A stretch of 63,417 nt of DNA, counting the filler, from Saprolegnia diclina VS20 (lineage: Eukaryota): assembly GCF_000281045.1 (NCBI RefSeq). It is 4 parts of 2 records of this genome, joined end to end, with 100 filler letters (N's around TTAATTAATTAA, not from the genome) between each part and the next. Parts side by side here need not be neighbours in the genome. Positions count along the whole stretch, not along the records: positions 1 to 27,122 come from NW_008246164.1; positions 27,223 to 57,421 come from NW_008246164.1; 2 more parts are not named here. The stretch is one strand, 5' to 3'. Shown here in pieces: positions 23,993 to 35,810 of the stretch. Position numbers and translations under genes: made by a program. How positions within the stretch are numbered: position 1 is the first letter of the stretch; the number at the start of each line of letters is the position of its first letter. The notes under the pieces were generated by a model. That model saw only the letters and a program-made list of their open reading frames with translations, ran no database searches and was not told where the DNA came from.

Positions 23993-26630
23993 TTGAGCTT
24001 GGCGAGACGCTGCTTTTGGCGACTCCGAAACACGTCGTTCGTCGGACGCTTGGCCATGAGATTGACTAGACACAATGACGTTATATATATCTTGATACAT
24101 TGAAACATACCCCCGCCGTCGTCGTCGTTCATGGCAGCCGCCGCGGCTTCCATTTGTTCGACTTCGGCGCGCGTCGGCAGCTCCGTGAGCATCATCGCAC
24201 GGTAAATGTGGTCCACGTCCGCGACCGGGCCTACGTCCACGCCATCCACGTCGCATGCCGAGTTTCGTCCATATCTCACGACGCACCGTTCCACGTGACA
24301 CCCAAGGGCAGCATGCTCGCAAACTCTTGGAGACACTCGGGCAGCGGCGGGCCCGTGTACGGCCTACACATATATCAATGAACCTGTACAAGGTATGCCA
24401 AGGGTACTTGTCGAGCTCCTTCATCACGTTGGGCTTGAGCGCCGCCGTCGACGACGACGCTGTCATTGGCGCCTTGGCGTGGGTCTCGACGGCGTGGACA
24501 CCGGCGTACGTTTGGAAAAAGAGCGGGTCCGTCGAGGTTTCGAGCGCCGACATCCACTCGTACCGATGCACCAGGCTCATCAACCCCTTGGCCTGGAGGT
24601 ACGCGTGCGGCTCCTTTGCCAGTGCGTTCTGGAGCGCGATGGCGCGCCGGCCTTCGAGGCGCACGATCGACGCGAGGTCGCCGCCGTTGGTTGCCATCGT
24701 CATCTCGAACGCAATGAATTTGTCCCACACGGGCTTGGCCACGTCGGCCGGCATGACACTCAGCACCTTCTCAAAGAGCGACCGCATGTCTACAGCCGCC
24801 GTGTTGGACTCTATCAAAAGGACGCGCAAACCCACTGTTGTCGTCGTTGGTATGGCGCAAAAAGTCGACATACGACAGCACAAACTCGGGTTCGTGAATG
24901 TACTTTTTGAGCCCGAGCTCAAAGATATTGAGCGCGATTTGCTTGCCTTCGTTGCCGTTGGAGCTGTGAAACTCGAGCAGTGCTAGAGAGAACAGCATGA
25001 CAACGTGTGCATCCGCCCACGCAACCTACCCGCTGCGGTAAACACGTGGTACGTGCACGCGCCGTCGCGCGAGTCCTTGCGTGCCCGCTTGAAGATGTGC
25101 CGTGCTTCTTCCAAGCCCTAATGGAACACAGTTTCAATGTATCAACTGGCGCCATCGACCACGAACGACAGACCTTGTTGCCGTACGCGCGACGAGCAAA
25201 GCGCTGGTAGGTGATGTACACAAGCGCCGACGGCACGGTCGCCAGCAGCTGCTCGTAAATCTCACGGGCGCGCTATAAATTTAGTCAATAAAAATGAAAA
25301 TAGAGAAAAATACGTAGAAATTAGGACGCACCTCGGTTTCGTTGTGCAGCTCGAAATGATCCGCGTATGCAAAGTGCAGCAAGCACGACTCGGGCATCGC
25401 GGCCACGGCGCGCGCGTAGATGCGCGAGACGGCCTCGGCGTCCGGCTGCTCGAGAAGGACGTACTGATACCAGACTTCGCAGCTGAATTGGCGGCACGCG
25501 AGGCAGCTCTCGAGCGCGAACCGGCACTTGGCCTTCCATTTCGCCGTGTCGACGCGCTCGGGGTTGGAGAGCTCAAACTCAATCCAGCGCTGCCACTCGT
25601 CAATCTAAGCAATTCAAAACTCAATCCTCGAGCGCTCGAAATTTGAGTCGAGAGAGACCTGCGGGTTGGTGTCGACCTTGGACGGGAGCGCGTCGAGGTT
25701 GATGGCGTCAACAAGCGCCTTGCGGTCCTTCAAGATCGTCTTGGCCGCGTCGATCTTGGGCCGCAGCGCTTTCATCATGTTCTGCATGAGCGCGTCGTTG
25801 TTGGGAATCGACTTTTCAAAGAGCTCATAGTCCTTGAGGAGCGCGTCCGACCCGACCATAGGGATCACAAGCGCACGCTGGTAGCCCTTGCGCACGGTCA
25901 TGAACGCTTGAATGTCCTGTACAAGTCGATGAGGTGGTCGTATGCATGTGGAGAGGTAGACCTTGTCCTCGCGCAAGAAGCCAATGTAGCTCTGCCAAAT
26001 GCTCAGCGAGTAGATCGACTGGCCGACGCACTCGAGCGCGAGCTCGTACGCTTCGAGCATGAGCTTGCGTGCAGCCTGCTGCTCTTCGACCGACCCAAAG
26101 TTGGTGTCGACCTTGGATGACTTGAGGAACGAGAGGTACATGGCCCAGAGGTCGATGTACGGCAGCTTGCGCTCGACAAGCGCCGTCGAAAAGATACCGC
26201 GGACCTTCTCGTACTGCCCGGCGCGGAGCTCGTGCTCGGCAAACGCTTTCCACCAATAGCCCTACGCATGATGACGTTGTATTGGCTGGTGGACCACGAC
26301 GGGCCGTACCGAGGTCGGGAAGCGCTCGAGGAAGAGCTCGTAGTATGGACGGGCGTCGTCAATGGATGGAAGCTTCTGGACTTCGTTCATGACGCTTTGC
26401 CATGCATGCGCGTTCCATGGACTCGCGGTCACGACCTCGTAGTTCTTGCGCAGCTTGGCCGACTTGCCTGCGAGGTTGAGGTGGGCCGAGGCGCCGACGA
26501 GGAGGTTCATCTCTTCGTCCTCTTCCTCTTCGTCATCTCCATGGACCATGCCCATCGAGGGCGCAGCGATCGGCTCATCTTCCTCAGAGCTGTCATCCGA
26601 CAGGACGCGGCCGTCCATCCGCGTGCTCAT
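23989..26630 (-). CDS. CSTF3: Cleavage stimulation factor 77-kDa subunit (Rna14 / suppressor of forked), multi-exon HAT-repeat protein
   Basis: PWNAHAW...ARPYYELFLERFPTS, IDLWAMYL, AYELALECVG, YQRALVIPM, NIFELGLKKY, PVWDKFIAFE, and C-terminal NDVFRSRQKQR. Confidence 0.88.
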
Positions 26631-27020
26631 GACCGCCACACTTGCAAGTTGTTATTGCGGAAACACTAATTCAAAGCAATCTGAACAGTATATTACAGTC
26701 AATGCCGATTATTCAAATAGTGTGCTATCTCCTCTTGCGGTGCAACAACGAGCTTCCTGACGGCGCAGCAGTATGCTGCTCAGCATACTGAGTGCTTCCA
26801 GCTCTAGATCCAAGCAAGCGAGGTCGCGTGGCGCGTGCCCTTGCCTGTGGCGGCGTCATATCGAGTTCACGCTTTGAATAGTGTACGTCAGATATGGTGT
26901 GCGTCGGAAACCTTTTAAAAATGATATCGACCACGTCGTATAAAATGTCGGAGGTTTCGACGGGAAATCTTTGCCCATACAAAGCCCGAGTCAATTTGTT
27001 TTCCAAAACTCAAAAGCGAC

Positions 27021-27122
27021 GATGGACCCCTTGGAACGTGAGGCGAGTAAGCTGCGAGCGCTGGTCGAGACCCCGAACGGGCCCGCGGCCTTGGCCGAGG
27101 CCACGTCGCTCCTGCGCAACCT
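27021..27122 (+). CDS. Possible 5' fragment of an unknown gene, truncated by a gap
   Basis: ATG-initiated MDPLEREASKLRALVETPNG... with coding-like codon usage, divergent from CstF77. Confidence 0.35.
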
Positions 27123-27222
27123 NNNNNNNNNNNNNNNNNNNNNNNNNNNNNNNNNNNNNNNNNNNNTTAATTAATTAANNNNNNNNNNNNNNNNNNNNNN
27201 NNNNNNNNNNNNNNNNNNNNNN
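27123..27222. other. Contig join (N44-TTAATTAATTAA-N44)
   Basis: Six-frame stop linker at 27167-27178 inside N. Confidence 0.98.
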
Positions 27223-29055
27223 CGGTGGCACCAGCGCAATGTACGGCCGCAGCGAGACGGAGAGCTCCTCGTTGCACAGCTGCACAATGGCCTTGGCGAC
27301 GACCTCGACCGGGTCAAAGACGTGGGGGGTCGCCGTGACGATGTCAAGGAGCGTCGCCGGATACAAAAACGCATCGATGTGCGCAATGAGACTGTTCGGC
27401 AAGCAGAGACGCAAGTACGGACCGACGACGTTGTCATTCGATGCGCTGACGATACACGACTCGATACGGAGTCCGTGAACGAGCGTTGCTGGGCACGCTT
27501 CGATGCAAGCAAGCTGAAAGAAGCTGGTCGGACGCACCGTGGCCCACATTTCCTTGAGAAACTCGACGGCGAACGGCTGGCGTAGCCGCAATTGGTTGTC
27601 TTCGATCAATGTCCCGAGAAACGAGAGAGCTTCCTCGAGGCGGCTCGAGCGGAGACGCCAGAGCACGGCGACGCGCAGCGCCTCCCAGCCAAGTCGATCG
27701 AGCATGTCGAAGAGCCACGATGCGTGCTTCTTGACGTTTGCGTACGTGTTGATGAACGCAGCGATGAGTGCAATGTCCCCGAGGTCCGCGAGGAAGCTGC
27801 ACATCTGATGGCTGTCGGGCTCGGCGCGTTGAAGCCCTGGAAGCGCATGGCGACCCGCAAGCAGCATTTCCATGGCCCCTCGCGCCATACAAGACACGGT
27901 CGCATCGATGCTGTTCATGTTGCAACCATCGGCGACCGAGGACCACAGCAGCTGCATGCAGCGCTCGAAACCGAGTAGTCGCGCGCGATGGCGCTTGGGC
28001 CAAAAAATGAGGAACGGCGACCCGCCACGAGCCAGGACAACCATAGTCCGCGAGCCCACAAAGTCGGTCAGTTGGATCTTGGCGAGGCTCAACTCGGCGG
28101 GTACGTTGCACGCCGGGTGGTAGAGTGCAGAGACGATCGTGATCGCAGGGCCGGCAAACCCCATGCGCACGAAGGCGATTCCGGCCATGTGCTGGACCTC
28201 CGATAGGATCTCGTACCGCTCGTCGGCCTCTTCGAAGCTCTGGGTCATGAGCTCGAGCCCCATCTGCTCTTCGGAGGCATCGACAGCATTGGCCGGGCGG
28301 CCTTGGACGGTCACGCGGACGAGCGCGACGTCGTACGCTTCCGTCGCACAGAGGGCGTCCACGATGGCTGCGTCGTGGGGCTCGAGCGCCGAAAAGTCCA
28401 ATTCGGGTCCGTACCGCGTCCGCCACTTGAATGCGTACACTGCAGAGTCCTGGTTCGCGCTCGCAGCCGCCTTCTTCAAGCGCGCGATGAGCGGCGCGGC
28501 AGCGATTGGAACGAAGCGATCGCGGTCCGTCGGACCCAAGTATACCACGTGGTAGATGAGAATGGCCCGAGTCCCAACGAGGGGGCTGACGTTAACGGTG
28601 CAAGAGTTGTAGAAGGCGAGGAAGCTCGACGCTCCAGCAGGAGGGGTAAAGACAGTCGTACGGTTCTCGTGTGCCACCGTGATGGCCCCTCCCATGCAAG
28701 TCGACGAAGGGAAGACGACGAGCGTTCCAAAGCACCCGGCCGGCCGGTCCATCGGAAGGAGCACGTCGACGCGGCCCTGCCGGTCGATCGCGCCATGCGC
28801 GAGCTCGAGGTAGAAGCCATCGTCGGGCAGTAGACGGTGCTTGATCCATGCGGTTGCCGTCGTGGCAGTGACCTCATCGGGAGGAAGGTCCGCTGCCGGA
28901 ATCGTTCCGCCCGCGAACGCGTCCATGTCCCGCGGCCAGACGAGCATGCGTCCATGCACCCGCCGGGAGAAGGGGACAGCATGCGGAAGGCTTCCATGGA
29001 CCCATGGCGCGGCTGCGAGGCCGTCGAAGAGCCGCGCGAACGTCTTGGTCTCCAT
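27223..29055 (-). CDS. Degenerate 2OG-Fe(II) oxygenase-like domain protein (3'-truncated by the gap)
   Basis: GCFGTLVVFPSSTCMGGAITVAH...FLAFYNSC...GTRAILIYHV matches the DSBH scaffold. Followed by a helical region containing LGWEAL. Confidence 0.7.
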
Positions 29056-29498
29056 CGTCTGCGCAGTTGCTGGCGAGATCTCGAATGAGCTCGGGGCGGC
29101 AGCGCTCTTCTCGGATTGGCGCAATATCGAAAAATCAATTGGTTTCGACCAATCACATCGTGTTGGACCCAACTGGCGATCTTTTTGTGGGAAGCGCGCG
29201 GATTGGCCATTGCGTGCTGCCACGTCAAAACGCTGGAACTGCGCAGTCAACCTGTCAACACACTCGTCGCATGGCGTGCGGCGACAGTTGAGCTGCGTAG
29301 TTGTCCTCGCCGTCGACAATAAGTGCAAGAAATGAGCCGCCAGATTCACCAAATTCTCGTGGGTAATGGAAAGCATTGTGCTCTGGCATGCATATGCCAT
29401 ACTCCAACGTTTCAATATTATCATTTTTATAGTTATATAGATGCGAAATGGATTATAGACAATTTCGAAATTCACAGAGCAAACGACAGTAAGCGTCT

Positions 29499-31664
29499 TT
29501 ACAACTGGGGAATGTTGTTGCCAATGTAGTGCGGGTTGAGCGTGGACCACTCGTACTGCACGGTCTTGGAGCCAATGAACGAGAGGCCAGACGCGAGCGT
29601 CACAATGAGTCCTTGCAGCTTGTCTTTGGACGTCTCGGTGCCCCAAAACGTGATCCGGTCGTCGTGGTTGTCGATGACATCCACATAGACCGAGAGAAGA
29701 TCGCCGACGCCAGCATCGGTCTTGTCGGCGCCTTGCTTGAGGAGGTACTGCAATTGCACTTCTCGTAGCATATCGCCGTGACTCGCTTGGATCTCCATTG
29801 CCTCAGAGAGCGGATATAGAAACACGAGCGTCGAGACCGAGCTCACAAGGGCAAGCACGAGCAAAAAGTACGTTGGCATCGGCCCGGTCCCCGTCAGCGC
29901 ATAGACAAGGAGCCCCCCAAACGCAATCGCGAGTTGCAGTAGAGCAAGCGACAACATGGGCTTGACAAAACTCGTAAAGACTTGCGTGGCCCCAATGACG
30001 CTGCGCCGAACAGCCATCCACGCTACGAGGTTGGTGCGGCACGTCAGGTCGACAGGAAGCGGGGTATTGCCAAAGTGGGGGTAGAGTCCGACAGTCGAAA
30101 TCGAGTCGAATTTGATCCAAAGCGCCCAAATGCGACCCGAGAGACCGCCGATGCACGCGCTAAAGACGCCACATTGCGCAATCTGCTTGAACAAGAGAAA
30201 GAGCGGGAAGAGCACCATCGCATAGTCGAGCGTCTGGGCCGCCACGTACATTTGCAGCGACGACGTCCCATAATAGACGGTGGCGACCGGGTGGAGCGCA
30301 CGCACGGCCGTGCAGTCGCCGTCAAAGTCGGCGCGCAAGCTGAAAAATGCTTCGTTCGCAAGCGGGTAGAACATCGCGCTATTCCCGCTTTGGTTGACGA
30401 GCCGGATGTTCCACGCCGCCTCGATCGTAAACGGCACGGGCTCTTGTTGCTCATTGTAAAAAAAAAGGATCACGAGCGGCAGACCAATGTCCACCGTCGG
30501 CGCCGGGTCAAATCCCAAGTTCCACACAGCACTCGATGTCGTCGTTGAGAGCCCGTTCGCTGTCGACGCACAGCTGCGGGTAGCGAGCTCACCCGACATC
30601 CCGTACATGGCGTTTGTTGGCGAACTCACAAGAGCATACGCCCCCGGCACGATAAAATCAAAACTCGGAAAGATGCCGCCAACCCACGACGCGGTGAGGA
30701 CCCCGTTGATGGCGACCGACGCGAGAAGCCCAAGCAAAAGGGTGAAGCGTCGCCAGCCCATGATATCTACAATCCGGCGCTGGATCGGGCGCGAAACAAA
30801 GGCACCGGGGAGGTAACTCGGGTCGATCGGCTCCTGCGTCGTCGGATCGAGGAGTGAGAGCGCGTTCAGATCCGTGGGGTCCGAGAGGCGCTTGGAGCTT
30901 GAATAAACGACGGTTGCGAGAGGCGGTGTGCTAATAAGCACAAGCAATTCGAGGAGCCCGACCACGGGGACACCACCGCTGCAGATAATGCGGAACATGG
31001 CGTACTGGAGCTTAATGAGCGGGTTGCGGTTGGTGTCGAGGCTACCTGACGCGTTGACGTAGCCGTTGATGGTGGTGTGGGCCAGAAGGTTGACGAGACT
31101 GAAGAGAACGCTGTACCCTTCGAGAAGAGCCCAGAAGACACATTGGCTCGTAAACGGAAAGCAAAGCGCAATGCCCACATACGTGGCGGAGAGCAAGAGA
31201 AACGTGAGACACACGTGGCGTTTTGGCAGGTGCGGCCAGAGCTCGAGAAGGCGCGCTGGCAGCTTACGGCACCCGAACGCGAGCAGCGGCCCCAGGATCG
31301 GCAAGAAGAGCACAATGCCGGCAAGCGGCAACAGGTACGTCTTGACGTTGGTCAAGAGGACGTGGTAGCTATCGAGGCGCTTGAGGCGCGCAAGGCTCAT
31401 CGTGTTGACCAAGTTGTCGTTGAAGAGAGGCACATTGCGCTTCTCGTCGTCCGTCAGAGTCGCGTGGCAACCAGCGCACAAGTACGACACGTGGAGCACG
31501 CCCGATACGCGTATAAACACATGGTGCATGGTCTCGACGTTCTCGATCGCGTCTTGAGCCCAGGCGTAGCTGCACGCGGGGCCCTCACAGTAGAGGTAAA
31601 TCTTTCGCGACGCCGGCGCGACCTTGGCAGGCGCAGTCGACTTGGACTGCACCGTCACCGACAT
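29499..31664 (-). CDS. 721-aa intronless multi-pass membrane protein with a PHTF/DUF3537-like (7TMIC) C-terminus
   Basis: Many hydrophobic segments; P-x-D-L-x4-N-x3-W-x3-R motif; terminal ITFWGTETSKDKLQGLIVTLASGLSFIGSKTV. The CDS itself is secure; the family call is tentative. Confidence 0.75.
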   Translation of the reverse strand: MSVTVQSKSTAPAKVAPASRKIYLYCEGPACSYAWAQDAIENVETMHHVFIRVSGVLHVSYLCAGCHATLTDDEKRNVPLFNDNLVNTMSLARLKRLDSYHVLLTNVKTYLLPLAGIVLFLPILGPLLAFGCRKLPARLLELWPHLPKRHVCLTFLLLSATYVGIALCFPFTSQCVFWALLEGYSVLFSLVNLLAHTTINGYVNASGSLDTNRNPLIKLQYAMFRIICSGGVPVVGLLELLVLISTPPLATVVYSSSKRLSDPTDLNALSLLDPTTQEPIDPSYLPGAFVSRPIQRRIVDIMGWRRFTLLLGLLASVAINGVLTASWVGGIFPSFDFIVPGAYALVSSPTNAMYGMSGELATRSCASTANGLSTTTSSAVWNLGFDPAPTVDIGLPLVILFFYNEQQEPVPFTIEAAWNIRLVNQSGNSAMFYPLANEAFFSLRADFDGDCTAVRALHPVATVYYGTSSLQMYVAAQTLDYAMVLFPLFLLFKQIAQCGVFSACIGGLSGRIWALWIKFDSISTVGLYPHFGNTPLPVDLTCRTNLVAWMAVRRSVIGATQVFTSFVKPMLSLALLQLAIAFGGLLVYALTGTGPMPTYFLLVLALVSSVSTLVFLYPLSEAMEIQASHGDMLREVQLQYLLKQGADKTDAGVGDLLSVYVDVIDNHDDRITFWGTETSKDKLQGLIVTLASGLSFIGSKTVQYEWSTLNPHYIGNNIPQL

Positions 31665-32651
31665 TGGGAGTGTGCCTTTTGAAAAAAATCGAAACGACCT
31701 TGACGGTTCTCACCAAGGGATATAACCCTCAGTTCTCACGTTGTCCGCAAGACACGATTTGATTAACCAAGAGATGAGACATTCTCTATGACACGAGTTT
31801 TCTGCTTTTGGAGGCCTGCATTATCGCTGCATCTCGGGTGCAGCCGAGATCGCCACGCGACGACTAGGCGCTGCTGCAAAGTCGTTGGTTTTGCTGAACC
31901 GCCGTCTTGAAGAGTCGGGTTCGGTTCGTGCAAGCGCGAAACGCCCTTAGTATTTCCACTGTCTCAAATCTACCTCCGAATGGATGTGGCCATGTCTAGA
32001 GTAGGAATGATATGCCACCAAGGCTGGGCAAAGTCGGCTAAGCTATCGACCTTTTCATCCTACAGTCTGACGACGTACTTGTCGACTTGAACTTGAGATA
32101 TTGGCGTGGCGGTTGTCTTGGGACGGTGCTGAATGTACCACAAAAAGCAAATGATGCATCCGAGCCGAGGGTCCCTTCGACCCAGAGAGTGTCATATGGC
32201 TAACTCGCCACTGTGATGTACGTCAACGTGTGGCTCTTCGACGACTGTACATACACTCGTCGTTTGGCTGAGCGTGCCATGGCAGCTCCATAACTCGGTT
32301 CAATTCCTGGCAAAACCCTTCGTCAATCAGCCGCGCGATGGACCCTATCCGTGAGTTTTGCAGCTGCTACGCTTCAGGCGAGGGTGATGCTCGTGCTATG
32401 GCAGTGGCAGGCGACGGTGGACATTCTCGGTGTCAAGAACTGGCGTCTTGCGTCGAGCTTTTGGCTGTCCAGCGACGCCCCTGCATTCCGAAGCAGTTCA
32501 CGTCCCCTACACCTACCTTAACCCGGTGCATCGTTTGTAATATGCTTTGTATGGTCGATTTGAAGTCCCCACAAGAGGTTTACATGATATACTGCAGGCA
32601 GCAGTGTCTATTATGCAGCAAAAATCAAAACTGGATGGATGGCCATGTATA

Positions 32652-34086
32652 CTAGCCCGACTTCCAGCTCATGTTGATGCCACGTTGCTCGAGGAACCGC
32701 TTGACGAGGTACACGGACGTGATCGGGAAGAGGACGCAGAATCCAAAGACGATCCAAAACATGTAGGGTGTCTGCTGCGTCGTCGAGTCGAGGTTCATGC
32801 CAAACCCGCCGACGATGAACGTCGGGACCGTGAGCATCGTCGTCCACAGCGTCAGCGTCAAGTCGACTGTCAAGAGGTAGTTTCGCTTCGTATCCAGTCG
32901 CAGCATGACCATCGACTCGGTGTTTCGAATGTTGTTGAGCATGAGCGACACGCGGGTTTGGGTCGCGTAAATGTCCTACAAAATAGGAGCCCAAAATTTC
33001 AAGCCCAAAAAACCACAAAAATAAGTAGAATACCTGCAGGTAAACTTCCAAAAGCGACTCGGCGTCTTCCGTGTCAAAGCTCAAGAGGTCCGACGCCACG
33101 GCTGGCTCGGCGAAAATCTAGCACACAAAACCATAGTCGCTCTCTCCATACTGTAGGAACATGTTGTCTACCTTGGTCAAATAGAGCATGTGCAAGTCTT
33201 CCTCGTTCTCGAGAATCTCCATGAGCATGCGCCGCATGCCGTTGACCTGCGTGTCGAGCTCGTGCAGGGCATTCTTGAGCGACCGAAGGGCTTCCATGTC
33301 GCCCATGGGAAGGTCATCGCGGGCCATACGGTCCACCGAGGTCTTGGCGACCGGCAGCACTTTCTCGCAGTCGCTCGAGACGACCTTGCACAGCGTCTGG
33401 AGCACGGCTTCGAGAGCCCTATGCGCCTCCATAAGATCTGATGGGATCGACTCGCCAGCGACGCACGCGAACTCAAATGCGATCGATTGCGTATACACAA
33501 TCTGCTCGGTAAAGCAGCCTTTCAGGAGCGACACGAGGCTGTCGGCGCCGTCCGGCAAGAAGACGAGGCAGCTCTCGCGCGTAATGACCGCTCGGACCGG
33601 ATCTACCCACCATGTTTACTGCGTCGTACGATGCGGAAGAGCGACGCACCGGCGTTGACAAGGATGGCCTGCTGCCGCACGACCAGCGACGGCTCGTTTG
33701 AGACGGCAAAGACGTTGTCGAGCTTGCGCAAGTCCCGCATGTGCACTTTCTATTTTGGTGGTCAGCGACGCGGAGAGAGGAGACAAAGGCTAGCAACAAG
33801 CAGTACGTACCGGGATATCGATGCGGTTCGCAGTGCGGGGGGTGGGTGCGACGACGCCGGCGGCCGCGGCCTGCACGAGCTTGAGCACGTCCGTGCGCGA
33901 GTACTCTTCGTACGTGGCTTCGCCCGTGGTGCTGAAGCGCAGCGCCTAGGTTGCGCCATGAGGTTTCGTGAGGGCATGGCGCAGGTGTACGAGGCGCTTG
34001 CCGTGGTGCATGGCGCTACCGACGTCGTACAGTACGTCGTGGTGCTTGCTCACGAGCTCCGTCGTCGAGGGCAGCGGCCGGCGCAT
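32652..34086 (-). CDS. CorA/MRS2-family Mg2+ transporter, copy A (multi-exon)
   Basis: MRDLRKLD...EPSLVVRQQAIL, FEF, ILENEEDLHMLYLT, ESLLEVY, LDTKRN, GGFGMNL signature, two C-terminal TMs. Confidence 0.88.
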
Positions 34087-34878
34087 GATGCGCAAATGGG
34101 CAAATGGACATGGCGATCGGCTGGCAACGGGATGTAATGTACGTACGTTGTACGTACGATACGTTGATGCACGCACTGTTTGTATTGGAATGAACGAGAT
34201 GGACTGTACGTACGCTGGGAGGTGGAAGATCGCGCTTCCTCGCACGGTTCCCTCAACCGCCTTGTCTCAGCGCTGCTCTCCACCTCCGACGACTGCAGAG
34301 GGCGGTACGATATGTGTTCTTAGTATGGTACTAGCCTATGGGACTCGAATGAATGGATGGCGGAGATTGCAGAGCCGCCGTCCTTGGCTCGATCGCTCTG
34401 CATGAGCCGCTCCGCTCGCTGAAGATATTGGATTAGACTGCAGACCTACATTTGTCCGAGAACAGTTGACTCACCGGCAAGTACCACAGCAACGAATGCT
34501 AGGGCTGTTGAGCTGCTCTGCAGCAAGCTCTCGGTCTCATTGAGATGATGGGGCTCTCGGTAAGCCTTCACGACACCAACCAGGACGCCATTCAAGCGAT
34601 CAGTTGCCCGTGTATGGGGAGATGAATGGGGAAGTTGTCCAGCTCGAAAGCGAGCAAAATGGAAGAAGTCTGACCAAAGGGCTGCGCTGAATCGTGGACC
34701 ACACAGTCCACAGTGAATGCACAGAATGTCGACTAAAGTCAATGACCTACTAGAGAGATCGTTGTTGCCGTGTGGGTTGGGTGGCGCGTACGAGGCCACG
34801 TTATCACGATGCCGCCTTGCGACGACAAATGAGTTGACGCGAAGGACGTTCAGGCCGTTGTCAGTCTTGCACTATTGC

Positions 34879-35030
34879 CAATACATCTGTAGTTAGTCAA
34901 TACTAGTACCATGTAGTTAGCCAATGCATTGTAGTTAGCCAATACATTGTAGTTAGTCAATACATTGTAGTTAGTCAATACATTGTAGTTAGTCAGTACA
35001 TTGTAGTTAGTCAGTACATTGTAGTTAGTC
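34879..35030. repeat. 18-bp minisatellite, about 8 copies (TACATTGTAGTTAGTCAA)
   Basis: GTAGTTAG core recurs at 34889, 34913, 34931, 34949, 34967, 34985, 35003 and 35021. Confidence 0.92.
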
Positions 35031-35298
35031 TGTAAATGACTACACGATGCTAGAAATGTATTCCGAGTTCGAGAAATAGACAGGAATGCATGTGGACAGC
35101 CGCCGCGTGCCAAGGACGGCGCGTGACTTGCAGAACCAGGCGGCTAGTTTTAAGCTTGCCGTTTGTAAGCGACGCGTAAAGTTGATCCTGACACTCGTCC
35201 TGACCATTGATTGGCCAAAAAGAGCAATGACGCGACGTGTGATTGGCCTAAACTGACACATGGGTCGAAGCTTTGTCGACAAATCCGAAAAAGCCAAC

Positions 35299-35810
35299 AT
35301 GGCCAACCTCAACTGCCGTAGGTCCGCCGGCGACCTCGCCGACCTCACCGCCTCTGCGTAGCCAAGTGCCAGTTCGACCAGAACCTGCCCAACTCAGCCT
35401 TCTGCTCCCGCTGTGGCGGCCCCATGGGCCAGACCCCGGGCTACCAGGCGCCGCCGCCGGTCGCGCAGGCCGTGCCGGTCCCGCAAGGCCAGTACCAGGG
35501 CCAGCCGCAGTACTACGCACAGGGCGTCCCGGTTCAGCAGGCGCGCCCCGACTACGTCGTCGTCCAGCCGGTACGACGCCCTTTGCCACACGAAGCTCAC
35601 GCCTTGCTCACGTAGGCCATGGTCGGCCAAGTCGTCGTGATGCCCGGCCAGATGCTCACGGTCGATGGCTACTGCGCCCACGCCGTGCAGTCGAATGAAT
35701 TTACGCTCTGCGGTATCGTGCTCGGCATCCTCTTCTTCCCCGCCGGTATCCTCTGCTGCCTCTTGCTCACGGAACGCAAGTGCGTCCATTGCGGCGCCGT
35801 CCTCAGCTAA
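35299..35810 (+). CDS. BRI3-like small membrane protein with an N-terminal zinc ribbon (3 exons)
   Basis: Spliced MANLNCPKCQ...FCSRCG, then a Pro/Gln/Tyr-rich linker, then FTLCGIVLGILFFPAGILCCLLLTERKCVHCGA. Confidence 0.75.

Noticed and set aside
27167..27178. TTAATTAATTAA motif (also at 57466 and 60948) as a piggyBac TTAA site or biological repeat
   Set aside because: Centred in identical 100-nt N blocks; it is an artificial six-frame-stop contig linker.
29056..29646. N-terminal extension of the 823-aa ORF overlapping the membrane-protein gene
   Set aside because: It runs through AT-rich intergenic DNA from a non-ATG start; METKTF at 29055 is the more plausible start.
34850..35113. ORF with LTNYNV repeats, or a CRISPR-like array
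   Set aside because: It is the translation of the 18-bp minisatellite; there are no unique spacers and the context is eukaryotic.
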